From contig RSEE01000021.1 of assembly GCA_003971905.1 (NCBI GenBank), positions 1 through 64,000 on the forward strand: a stretch of 64,000 bases of DNA, written 5' to 3'. The DNA is from Moniliella sp. 'wahieum'. Its lineage: Eukaryota. The number at the start of each line of letters is the position of its first letter. The first letter of the stretch is position 1. A model generated the notes under the pieces. It was not told where the DNA came from and made no database searches. It was given only the letters and a program-made list of their open reading frames with translations. The translations under genes were made by a program, and so were the position numbers. Of this stretch, positions 1-10,133 are shown piece by piece.

Positions 1-345
1 CTCCAATAGCGTATATTAAAGTTGTTGCAGTAAAACGCTCGTAGTTGAACTTGGGGCTCGGCGGTTTGTGGTCCGCCTCACGGGTGTACTGCGTGTGTCG
101 GGCTCTGTGGGATGTGTGCTTGCTCTTCCTATGGGAGGGTGAGGGCGGCCCCCGGTTTACTTTGAGGAAATTAGAGTGTTCAAAGCAGGCGCTTGTGCGG
201 AATAGATTAGCATGGAATAATAAAATAGGACGATTGTGGTTCTGTTTTGTGGTTGTGACGGAACTGCCGTAATATGAATAGGGACAGTTGGGGGCATTTG
301 TATTGACACGCTAGAGTGAAATTCTTGGATTGTGTCAAGACAACT

Positions 346-383
<38 letters not shown>

Positions 384-1226
384 GGAACGAAGGTCGGGGG
401 ATCGAAAACGATTAGATACCGTTGTAGTCTCGACAGTAAACGATGCCGGCTCGGGATTGGCCCTTGTACATTTTGTCAACAGGGTCAGCACCGTTTCGAG
501 AAATCAAAGCTTTTGGGTGGGGAGTATGGGTCGCAAGGCTGAAACTTCAAGAAATTGACGGAAGGGCACCACCAGAGTGGAGCCTGCGGCTTAATTTGAC
601 TCAACACGGGGAAACTCACCAGGTCCAGACATGGGAAGGATTGACAGATTGATAGCTCTTTCATGATTCTAGGGTGGTGGTGCATGGCCGTTCTTAGTTG
701 GTGAAGTGATTTGTCTGGTTAATTCCGATAACGAACGAGACCTTCTCCTGCTAACTAGCCCCTCTGGCGCATGTTCGCTGTTGGCTGGCTTCTTAGAGGG
801 ACTGTGCTGCGGTATAAGCGCACGAAGTTGGAGGCAATAACAGGTCTGATGCCCTTAGATGTTCTGGGCCGCAGCGCGCTACACTGACAGAGCCAGCGAG
901 TAGGTTGCCTTGTGCAGACGCTCCTTGTCCGGAAGGGCTGGGTACTCTTGTGAAACTCTGTCGTGCTGGGATAGAGCATTGTAATTGTTGCTCTTCAACG
1001 AGGAATTCCTAGAAGCGCAAGTCATCAGCTTGCGTTGATTACGTCCCTGCCCTTTGTAACACCGCCTGTCGTTACTACCGATTGAATGGCTTAGTGAGCC
1101 CTTGGGACTGGCCGTGCTGTGCCTTTACCGGCGCGGCGCTTGGCTGGAACTTGTGCAAACTTGGTCATTTAGAGGAAGTACAAGTCATAACAAGGTTTCT
1201 GTAGGTGAACCTGCAGAAGGATCATT
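1..1226 (+). rRNA. 18S (SSU) rRNA, 5'-truncated by the window edge
   Basis: Universal SSU motifs: CTCCAATAGCGTATATTAAAGTTGTTGC at the start, GAAATTGACGGAAGGGCACCACCAG, and the 3' end AACAAGGTTTCTGTAGGTGAACCTGCAGAAGGATCATT. Confidence 0.99.
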
Positions 1227-1317
1227 CTGGGAAGGTAACCTTGGGGCTCGCCCCATGGTCCACCTGTGAACACAAACAAACCCACTAGCAGGAGGAAGGA
1301 AGTACTATGATTATTAT
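1227..1317 (+). other. ITS1 (about 90 nt, very short)
   Basis: Spacer between the 18S end (GGATCATT) and the 5.8S start (ACAACTTTT). Confidence 0.9.
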
Positions 1318-1472
1318 ACAACTTTTGGCAATGGATCTCTTGGTTCTCCCATCGATGAAGAACGCAGCGAAACGCGAAAGGTAGTGTGAATTGCAGAACC
1401 GTGAACCATCGAGTCTTTGAACGCATCTTGCGCCAGGGGGCTATTCCCCCCGGCATGCCTGTTTGAGTGTTG
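1318..1472 (+). rRNA. 5.8S rRNA
   Basis: ACAACTTTTGGCAATGGATCTCTTGGTTCTCCCATCGATGAAGAACGCAGCG...GCATGCCTGTTTGAGTG. Confidence 0.98.
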
Positions 1473-1596
1473 TGAATCCTTTCATTCGGTGGAATGGATG
1501 TGGGAGTTTGATCCATCGGGGTCTCTCCTGAAAAGTACGAAGGTACCACTAGGAAGAGACGTTGTAGTGGGAGGCCGATACGAACACCCCCCCGAT
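1473..1596 (+). other. ITS2 (about 125 nt)
   Basis: Spacer between 5.8S and the 28S start GACCTCAGATCAGGTAGG. Confidence 0.88.
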
Positions 1597-1928
1597 TCGA
1601 CCTCAGATCAGGTAGGACTACCCGCTGAACTTAAGCATATCAATAAGCGGAGGAAGAGAAACAAACATGGATTCCCCTAGTAGCGGCGAGCGAAGCGGGA
1701 TGAGCCCAGATTGAAAGCTCCCTTGCGGGCGCATTGTAAGCTGGAGACGTGCCTCGTGCGGTGCGGCTGGACGCCAAGTCTGCTGGAAAGGCATCAGAGA
1801 GCAGCATGAGAATCCCGTGCTTGGTCTGGCCTGGTGCCGTGTTGTGGGGTGCGCTCGACGAGTCGCGTTGTTTGGGAATGCAGCGCAAGAGGGGTGGGTA
1901 AAGGCCATCCAAGGCTAAATATGGGGGA

Positions 1929-1962
<34 letters not shown>

Positions 1963-3739
1963 ATGAAAGCACTTTGGAAAGAGAGTTAAAGAGTACGTGA
2001 AATTGCCAAAAGGAAGCGTGGAAGTCAGTGCCGGAGCGGCGCCGCGTCTGCCCCTCTGGGGGGTGTACTGTGGCGGCGTGGGGCCCATGTCGGTTGTGTG
2101 TGGGGGGAGAAGGCGGCGCGGAAGGTGGCTTTCCCTTTGGGGGGAGTGTTATAGCCGCGCTGTGGATGCCCTGCGGACGACCGAGGACTGCCGTGGTGGT
2201 GGTGGACATGGGCTTAATGGCTTTCAGCGGCCCGTCTTGAAACACGGACCAGGAGTCTAACATGTATGCGAGTATGTGGGTGGCAAACCCGGCGTGCGAA
2301 ATGAAAGTGATGTGGGTACGAACCCTCGGGTGCAGTACCGGCCGGCCCTGCGTGTGCGCACAAGATGGGTCTGAGCAAGAGCATACTGTTGGGACCCGAA
2401 AGATGGTGAACTTTGCCTGGCTAGGATGAAGCCAGGGGAAACCCTGGTGGGGTCCGTCGCGGTTCTGACGTGCAAATCGATCGTTTGAGCTGGGCAAAGG
2501 GGCGAAAGACTAATCGAACCATCTAGTAGCTGGTTCCTGCCGAAGTTTCCCTCAGGATAGCAGAAGCTCGTGTGAGAACAATTTTATGAGGTAAAGCGAA
2601 TGATTAGAGGCCTTGGGGACGAAATGTTCTTAACCTATTCTCAAACTTTAAATGCGTAAGAAGCACTTGCTGCTTGGTTGAGCTTGTGCGTTGAATGTGA
2701 GTTTCTAGTGGGCCTTTTGGTAAGCAGAACTGGCGATGCGGGATGAACCGATCGTGTGGTTAAGGAGCCAGAGTACACGCTCATGAGACACCACAAAAGG
2801 TGTTGGTACATCTAGACAGTTGGACGGTGGCCATGGAAGTCGGAATCCGCTAAGGAGTGTGAACAACTCACCAACCGAATGTACTAGCCCTGAAAATGGA
2901 TGGCGCTGAAGCGTGTTCCCATACCACACCTTTCGTGCCAGAGTTGTGCGAAAGAGTAGGCAGGCGCGGGGGTTTTGTGCCGAAGCGTTGGGCGTGAGCC
3001 TGCGTGGAACGGCCCCTGGTGCAGATCTTGGTGGCAGTAGCAAATATTCAAGCGAGTAACCTTGAAGACTGAAGTGGAGAAAGGTTCCATGGTAACAGCA
3101 GTTGGACATGGGTGAGCCGATCCTAACCGATAGGCTGATGCTGATCCATAGCACCCTTTGGGGGGTGTGGTTCGGGAAAGGGAAGACGGTTAAGATTCCG
3201 TCGCCGGGATGAGGATGTATTGAGCGGTAACGCAAGCAAGCCAGGAGACGCTGGCGAGTACCCCAGGAAGAGTTTTCTTTTCTGCTTAACCATGCTGAGA
3301 ATGCGCCGTGGAATCGGGTTATCCGGAGAGACGGTGCAGGGCGTGGGAAGAGTGCTGGCGCTACGCTGGCATCTGGTGTGTGCTCGACGGCCCGTGAAAA
3401 TCCTGGTGCGTGTCTAGTCTCTCGCCCGGTCGTACTGATCACCGCAGCAGGTCTCCAAGGTGAAGAGCCTCTAGTTGAAACGAGAACGTAGGTAAGGGAA
3501 GTCGGCAAATTTGATCCGTAACTTTGGGAGAAGGATTGGCTCAAGGCTTGGGTGCTGGCCGGGGCGTGCGGGTGGGCGGCCTGGGCTGCCGGGGGCGCAA
3601 GCTCCTGGCGGGGGCGGCGCGCGCTGCGGCGCGGTCCGAAAGGTGCGCTGAACAAGCGACTTGGAACTGGTACGGACGCGGGGAATCTGACTGTCTAATT
3701 AAAACATAGCATTGCGATGGCCATAACGTGGTGTTGACG

Positions 3740-3773
<34 letters not shown>

Positions 3774-3789
3774 AGTGAAGAGATTCAAC

Positions 3790-3851
<62 letters not shown>

Positions 3852-3899
3852 TTAATTCGTGACGCGCATGAATGGATTAACGAGACTCCCACTGTCCCT
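1597..3899 (+). rRNA. 28S (LSU) rRNA, 3'-truncated at ...CCCACTGTCCCT
   Basis: LR0R and ITS4 sites (ACCCGCTGAACTTAAGCATATCAATAAGCGGAGGA), CCCGTCTTGAAACACGGACC, and an intact ACTCTCTTAAGGTAGCCAAA. Similarity to LSU ends at 3899; the peptidyl-transferase region and 3' end are absent. Confidence 0.97.
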
Positions 3900-3948
3900 C
3901 ACTGGTCAAGGTCCCTCGCGGTTCTGATTGAAAAGAAGTATAACGTTC

Positions 3949-3974
3949 CCCCCTCTCTCTTCGGAGAGAGGGGG
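3949..3974 (+). other. Perfect 11-bp hairpin with cUUCGg tetraloop
   Basis: CCCCCTCTCTC-TTCG-GAGAGAGGGGG, 50 nt past the 28S breakpoint. Confidence 0.85.
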
Positions 3975-4342
3975 CTTTGCACCTCGAAAGCTAACCCTAG
4001 AGAACCATACCACAAATTGGCATAGAAACGGGATTGGAATAGGAATCGAATTTGCTGTGTGATATCCCCTCCCTTTCCCTGTTGCGTCTTTGTTACCGAT
4101 CCCCCTGTAAGATTCCGACGTGTGGATATACTGACCTCCTTCCGACTTGTACGTATGCTGATCCCTGCAAATGCTGACTTGTGAATATACTGTTCAGGCA
4201 GGCCACCTGGGCAGAGTGTCTTTCCAACCACGCGCCGGAGTAGTGTACGACCCCCTGTATCCCCCGCACGGGACTGCCTGCCTCACCATCCCCTCATAGA
4301 TCAATGCATGCCCTCATATCCCTCTACTCTAGCACCACCACC

Positions 4343-4476
4343 ATCCGCCACCATATAACTGTGACCACACCGCATCCCGTCCGATCTGCGACGGTCACCA
4401 GTGCATCACCCAGTAAGTGTATATACCGCAATAGAAGATGAGGCCCCCATGAGAATCCTCGATGCCGTCATTTTTT
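4343..4476 (+). pseudogene. Degenerate 5S rRNA copy (5S pseudogene or 5S-derived element)
   Basis: Core CACCGCATCCCGTCCGATCTGCG matches basidiomycete 5S as I recall it. It has a colinear ATCC...CCATA 5' end and GAATCCT.G.TGC.GT 3' end followed by T6 (Pol III terminator). Many substitutions and an insertion of roughly 14 nt near 4418-4432. Confidence 0.8.
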
Positions 4477-5378
4477 CTGCTCCCTCTACTCCAGCTGCAC
4501 CTCCGCGTCTATCGTTCTACCCACACACCCCTTTCCAGATCTCCCTTTCGTTCTATGAGACGCTCCCATCACCCATTCCCCCACTGCAGTCACATGAGCA
4601 GCTACGCCGTATAGTACCTCCCAACTTTGCAACCTCACTCTGCCAAACGATCGAACCCCCCCCCCGCGCCGCCACCCTTCGCCCAGCGGTACACCTATCC
4701 ACCCTCTTCCCTTTGTACTAGCAGAACTTGGACGTAGCACCAACTATACTGGGGCTAAACCGTTTTTCCCTTGGACGTTAATAGTGTGGCTGCGCATCTA
4801 TTCCTAACCCTAGCGCCGCATAAGCCCGTGCGCGTGCGTCGGATAGGGTTGGCATCACAGCTGGTCGGGCCTGTCGCCGCCTGCTTCGTCTGCCCCTCCG
4901 CCGCCACCACCACCACCACCATGCACGCCAAGCCATTGTTCCAGCCAGCACTTTCAGCATGTGCATTGGTCCTGCTGACCTCGGCGGGGCGACCAATGTG
5001 AGGCCTTCGGAGGTATCATGGGTGCAAAACTCAGTCTCGATTCGCCCCAGCCGGTGCTCAATCCCCTGCCACCTCGAACCAAGCGGAGTGGAGGGGTGCC
5101 CACGAGCATGTTCATTTCCAGTGGTGGTGTTGAGCTCTTCCATCCTCCCTGCCGTTACGTTTCCTCGACGCTTGTCTTAACTCGGAGCCAAGCGGGGAGG
5201 CCACCCTGCGTGCCCCCACCCCCTCCCAAGCGCATAAGAGGGGGGCACACTGTGATGCCGAACGCCTGTTGCTCATCGGCTGAGCGCATGCGCTGCTTGA
5301 AGTAAGTCTCCACTATTGCCTTGCTTGCTCGTCGCTGACTTTCGAATATGAACACAAGATGAGCCTTAAGGGATGCAC

Positions 5379-5448
5379 CTGTCCCTATCTATCACGTTGC
5401 GCAACCATCCCTTAGGGAACGGGCTAGGCGACTACAGCTGCGCAAGAA
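5379..5448 (+). pseudogene. Decayed 28S rRNA fragment continuing from the 3899 breakpoint
   Basis: CTGTCCCTATCTA...AGGGAACGGGCT.GGC...CAGC...AAGAA aligns without gaps to the LSU sequence that should follow 3892 (about 50/70 identities by manual comparison with the recalled consensus). Confidence 0.75.
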
Positions 5449-7557
5449 TTGTTGTTTGAAGATGATGCTGAAGGTGATGCGCCCTCGGCAATGCGAGCGA
5501 TACTCCAGCTACTGGCATACGAAGATGGTCTACCAACAGCAGCGGCCGGGGGCAATAAGTGCGGCCTGTGCCGCATCCCTGGCCACACAGACGTGATCGG
5601 GGCCAAGGCTTGATTGACGTGTCGATCCAGTCGTTTGCATGCAAGAAAGGGATAGCCCTGATCAGGTTGAATGCAGCGCAGCGGACATCATGGCGAACGG
5701 GTAGGGGCGAATTGGAACTGCAGCGACAGATGCAGTTTTCCATGGGCCCCGGCGCCAGATTAAATATCTCTCCCGGCAACGACGCCCTCGGATGATGGCG
5801 GGAAACGCGTCCCCCAGACCGGGAGCATTTTACATGAAAACAACGGACGGGTGTCGCAAGAGCTTGAGGACTACTATGAAGACGTGGATCTAGTCCTGGA
5901 CGGCATCTGCTGCGACACGGCGCCGATGAAGAGGCGGGTGCGCACATGCAGATACGTCAATTGCTTTTGCTGTGTACGTTGTTCATATCCTTCTGCAGTA
6001 GTCCATGTTACTGACATTTCGCATTGGTGGTAAGTAGGCGGCTGGCGGCTCGATCCCTCAGGACTGCATTGAAAGCATGTCGGAACCCGGAAATGGTAAG
6101 GCTGAACCAAGGTTGCCCCCATCGCGCCGCAGATTACAGACGCACGGTGGGCGGTAGCCGCCCCGCCGGGTGCGCTGGGACGAAGGCGTATCAAATGTGT
6201 GATGGAGCGGACAGGCGGCAGTGTGTGCTCGTCGTCCACTTGTCTGTGCTGATGTTGGTTGTGGGGCGTTCTTGATTGTGACTCTGGCTTGCGCCTTGAG
6301 TATTTGAATGACGCTCAGTGGCAGCGCTAACGGGTTCCCTGTCGGTTTCTTGGTACGTCCATCCTCCCATGCGGTCGCCATGTAATGCATGAAAACCGCT
6401 TAAACGGCTGCTTTTGTTTGTTCATTCCCAAGGGCCGGGGGGGGGGGGTCAGTTGATGGGTGTGTAGTCATATGGTCCATCCCGTGTCTGGACTGTGGAC
6501 GAGAGGAGGGACCTGGCGGTGGCAGCAGACGCGGCGCGAGACACAAGTCGTCTCTCCAGGCTGCCGAGACCGGAAATGCCGGCACTCGCTTCCCCCACCG
6601 GTGCAGTCCGAGCCGGCGCTAGAGAGTATTCGGTATGTTGACCCTGGCGAGCAGGGGTCCCCCGGCTGTCTCCGGCTGCGGGCCCTGTCACCAGGTCAAG
6701 TGATGGCGATCAGACTTCCGGGAGGCCACTGCCCCGCTACACAGGGAGTCTCCTCAAGAATTCAAAATTGTGGAGCAGAGGCTACACCACCATCACTTAT
6801 TCCCGCGCTCTAACTTATATCTCCAGAGATTTTATAGCCCAGGGGAACCCGGGGGAGCCCGCCGGATCGTACCCCTTCCGACATGAACGAGAGCAAACCC
6901 AGCGTCGTACCCGTTGACGAGTGTCAACTGTTGACATACTCGAGATGTAGCTCCTTTGCCTGGTGTTTCCCAGGCGTTGCGTTCTGGCGCCCGAGATCTC
7001 CTCTCAGGTTACAAGAGTTTCAAACTTCGAGCTCCACCCTTCTGAAGGCCCTCTGAGGCCCTGAACGTTGAACCCCTGAGGCCCGAGGGGAGATCTGAGA
7101 TCTGAGAGGCATCAGACTGAGGTGTAAGGGTCACATCACACAGGACCATCTTTATCTCTTCAGTTCCTATCAGTTGTGCACGGCCAGTACTGAGACTCAC
7201 TGAGGTTCGTAGCTCACATGGTCCGCACGCATTGGGTGCATCATGCATCACATATCACGCATCACGCATCGCCGCCGTCTAATGCAACCAACAGGCAACT
7301 ATTATCGCACGTGGGTACTTAGGCCCCACAAATCAGTGGCGTCTCCACGCAGTGTGTGCGACTTTCCATGTGCATTTGCCACACAGTGTTGGGTACACGT
7401 ATTAGGTGGCCCAATAGCCCTGCCTCCTAGCCTGCATCCACACCTCTGCAATGGCTGACCACCGGATCTCAGATCACCCGCCTGCGGTGTGGTGGTGTGG
7501 CGGAGGTGAGCGGCGGGGCTTTAGATTACCACCCACTTGCCAGCACTGATGCAGCTC

Positions 7558-8798
7558 ATGGGACTCTTCCACTAAGTACTAATACCGCATCCCACTTCAA
7601 GCTTCAACTACCCGGGCGGAAATGCGCTATATGCGTCACAAGCAGCGCCGTTCAACGTTCATTGCTGGGGTTGTTCGCCGGCAACTGCTAACTTACGGCT
7701 GATCCTCTATCAGTCTACCACCGCTTTCCCCAAATGACCAAAGATCAAGGCCAAGCTCGGAGTCATGCGATCGACATGGCGCTCAAGAAGCGCGAAGCAG
7801 AAGGAAAGGTCGTCAAGATGCTGCTCCTGGGCAGCGGCGAAAGTGGCAAGTCAACTGTCCTCAAACAAATGAAGCTGATCCATCGTGGGCCCTACACACC
7901 AGAGGAGCGGGAATCGTTTAAGGCGGTCATCTTTTCCAACACGTTCGAGAGCATGCGGGTTATGCTTGAGGCCATGGAGGTTCTCGCCATTCCCATTCAA
8001 TCGCCTGAAGCAGCCTTGGCAGCTAAACAAGTTATCCAGGCGAAAACTGGCCAGTTTGATTTACTCCACCTCTCCCCGTCCTTAATTCAAGCCATTGGCA
8101 AACTTTGGTTGGATGCAGGGGTGCAGCATGCATTTTCTCGTTCGCATGAGTTCCAGCTGAACGACTCAGCAGCGTACTACTTTGATGCGATCGAGCGGAT
8201 TGGTTTGCCTGGATATATCCCGACGGACCAGGACGTGCTGAGAACTCGGGTCCAGACGACTGTAGTCGTTGAGGAAAGATTTGATATCGACGGGACTTCG
8301 TACCGGATTGTTGATGTCGGTGGGCAACGCTCGGAGAGGCGCAAGTGGATCAGCTGCTTTGAGGGGGTGACTGCTCTTCTTTTTATGGTTGCCCTGTCAG
8401 AATATGATCAGGTACTCTATGAAGACAACACAACCAGCCGCTTGCACGATTCCCTGGCGCTCTTTGACTCAATCTGCAACTCGCAATGGTTTGTCAAATC
8501 GGCCCTCCTCCTCTTCCTCAACAAGACAGACTTATTCCGAGCCAAATTGCCCAAATCTCCATTACAACGCTACTGTCCAGACTATGTTCCGATGGTTCAG
8601 GCTGAGCTCAAGCCCGCAGAGGAGTTTAGACACGCAGCCAGCTTCTTGACCAACAAGTTTGTTTCGTGCTCTCGGACGGAACGGGTCACCTACCCTTACT
8701 TGACGTGCGCCACAGACACGAAACAGATCGCGTTTGTCCTTCAAGCTGTCCGTGACATCATCACGCGCACCAACCTGCGCACGATGGGCCTGCTATGA
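7558..8798 (+). CDS. Heterotrimeric G-protein alpha subunit (class I/Gi-like, divergent)
   Basis: ORF 7734-8798 with GSGESGKST, DVGGQRSER, FLNKTD and TCATD boxes. A probable small first exon MGLFH at 7558, with an intron ending at CAG 7713 (branch GCTAAC), would give a myristoylation-type MGLFHS start if two 1-nt errors are assumed. Confidence 0.95.
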
Positions 8799-10133
8799 CG
8801 TCCATATCTGTATAGCTTCCGCTGTCTTGAATGTCGGACCCCTTCCTTTGTCGCCTGTATTAGTCGCAAGGCTCAAGAGGTTGCCTTAGAGATGAGGTGT
8901 ACAAGCACGTTTGTAGGGGATCTGGAAAAATTCAGCGAGCTTCGTTGGCGCAGTTGGCTAGCGCGCAGGTCTCATACGACTGTATGAGTGGCTTGCTACA
9001 CCTAATCCTGAGGTCGCCAGTTCGAGCCTGGCACGAAGCATTATGTTTTACCTCCCATCTTTTGGCTGGGCATCATTGACGTGAGTGCGCTTGAGGCCTG
9101 GAGGCATGGCCTGCTTTTATGGGAGAGAGAAGTCGCGCGGGAGCGGCCCATCGATTGGTACTTCTGTGGCCAAGTGACCGGCCGGTGACCCTCCCCATCT
9201 AGCCCTTACCTTTTCTGTGCTCCGACTGCTTTGCCTTCCTACTCCAATAGCTTCTTCGATTCCAGCATCCGGGTATCCAGTAACTCCAGCGCTTATGGTA
9301 CAACTGAGGTCCGGGGCGGGCGTAGTACAGGTTAAGCCGGCCGTATCCAGTGTAGAGGCGACGAACGAAATTGGCATAATCATTGTATCTTGCTGCGTCT
9401 CCATCTGGCTCTCCGAATCAGGGACGCTCTGGGATCAGCCTGATCATCCCTTCTCCTGCCTCCTGCTAGATTGGGCGGGCGAGTGTTCTTGACCGTTGTG
9501 CAGTGAAGGCGGGTATACTATGAAAGATTGATAAGGTCCATGATGTCGATGAGGTAGATGAGGTCGATGGGGTCGATGAGGTTGATGAGGCTACATCATG
9601 CCATGACCATCAAGGTCCAGAATCTGTTTATGCATCAACGACATCATCATTGCCTTCCCCCCCCTTCTCCAACTACGAACACGAGAAGCAACGCGATATA
9701 CAAATTACCCAGCGGGCCCACCCTGTATAGTATAGGGCACCAAGAATACGGTGCGTCAGCGAGAGTGGCAGGGGGGGGATCGTGGGAGACTGGGATGAAA
9801 AGAAAAAATGGGGTACTGAACATGACACAAAACAAGGGCCACCCCACTGGTTAGGGGTTGATACGAGGCGGCGCCAAAAACCAAGTGCAAAGCGGGCGAG
9901 AGTCAAGGGTTATAAGGAGACGAACGGGAGCGGGGGAACACAAGAGGACGAACGAGGAGCAGCAACCGTACCCCCAGCCAACCACGTCTAACGAAGTAGG
10001 AAGGCGGGGGGGGGTGCGTTTGGGGGCGCACGGCGTTGCTGTGCAGACAGGGCGAGAAAGAGTGGCGTACTTGACCAGCATGGGAGCATGGTGTCAAAAT
10101 GAAGAAAGGCGGACAAGGCCAACAGAGCGTGAC

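Noticed and set aside
45..3800. ORFs overlapping the rDNA (for example the 285-aa and 316-aa minus-strand ORFs)
   Set aside because: Shadow ORFs of conserved rRNA with no independent coding evidence.
3810..3845. Group I intron or R2 insertion at the CTCTCTTAAGGTAGC hotspot
   Set aside because: The site is intact and uninterrupted; the break is about 65 nt further downstream.
3900..4000. A complete HDV-like or hammerhead ribozyme call
   Set aside because: Only partial motifs are present (CCCTCGCGG, GCTAA, CTGATTGA); the required helices could not be paired.
6780..6890. Third copy of the phosphatase-flank repeat (GAACCCGGGGGAGCCCGCCGGATC...)
   Set aside because: The similarity is too short and gapped to distinguish from chance.
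9117..9850. Small gene between G-alpha and ATG1
   Set aside because: Only short ORFs without recognisable motifs, plus a 9-bp GATGAGGTN repeat; no supportable gene model.
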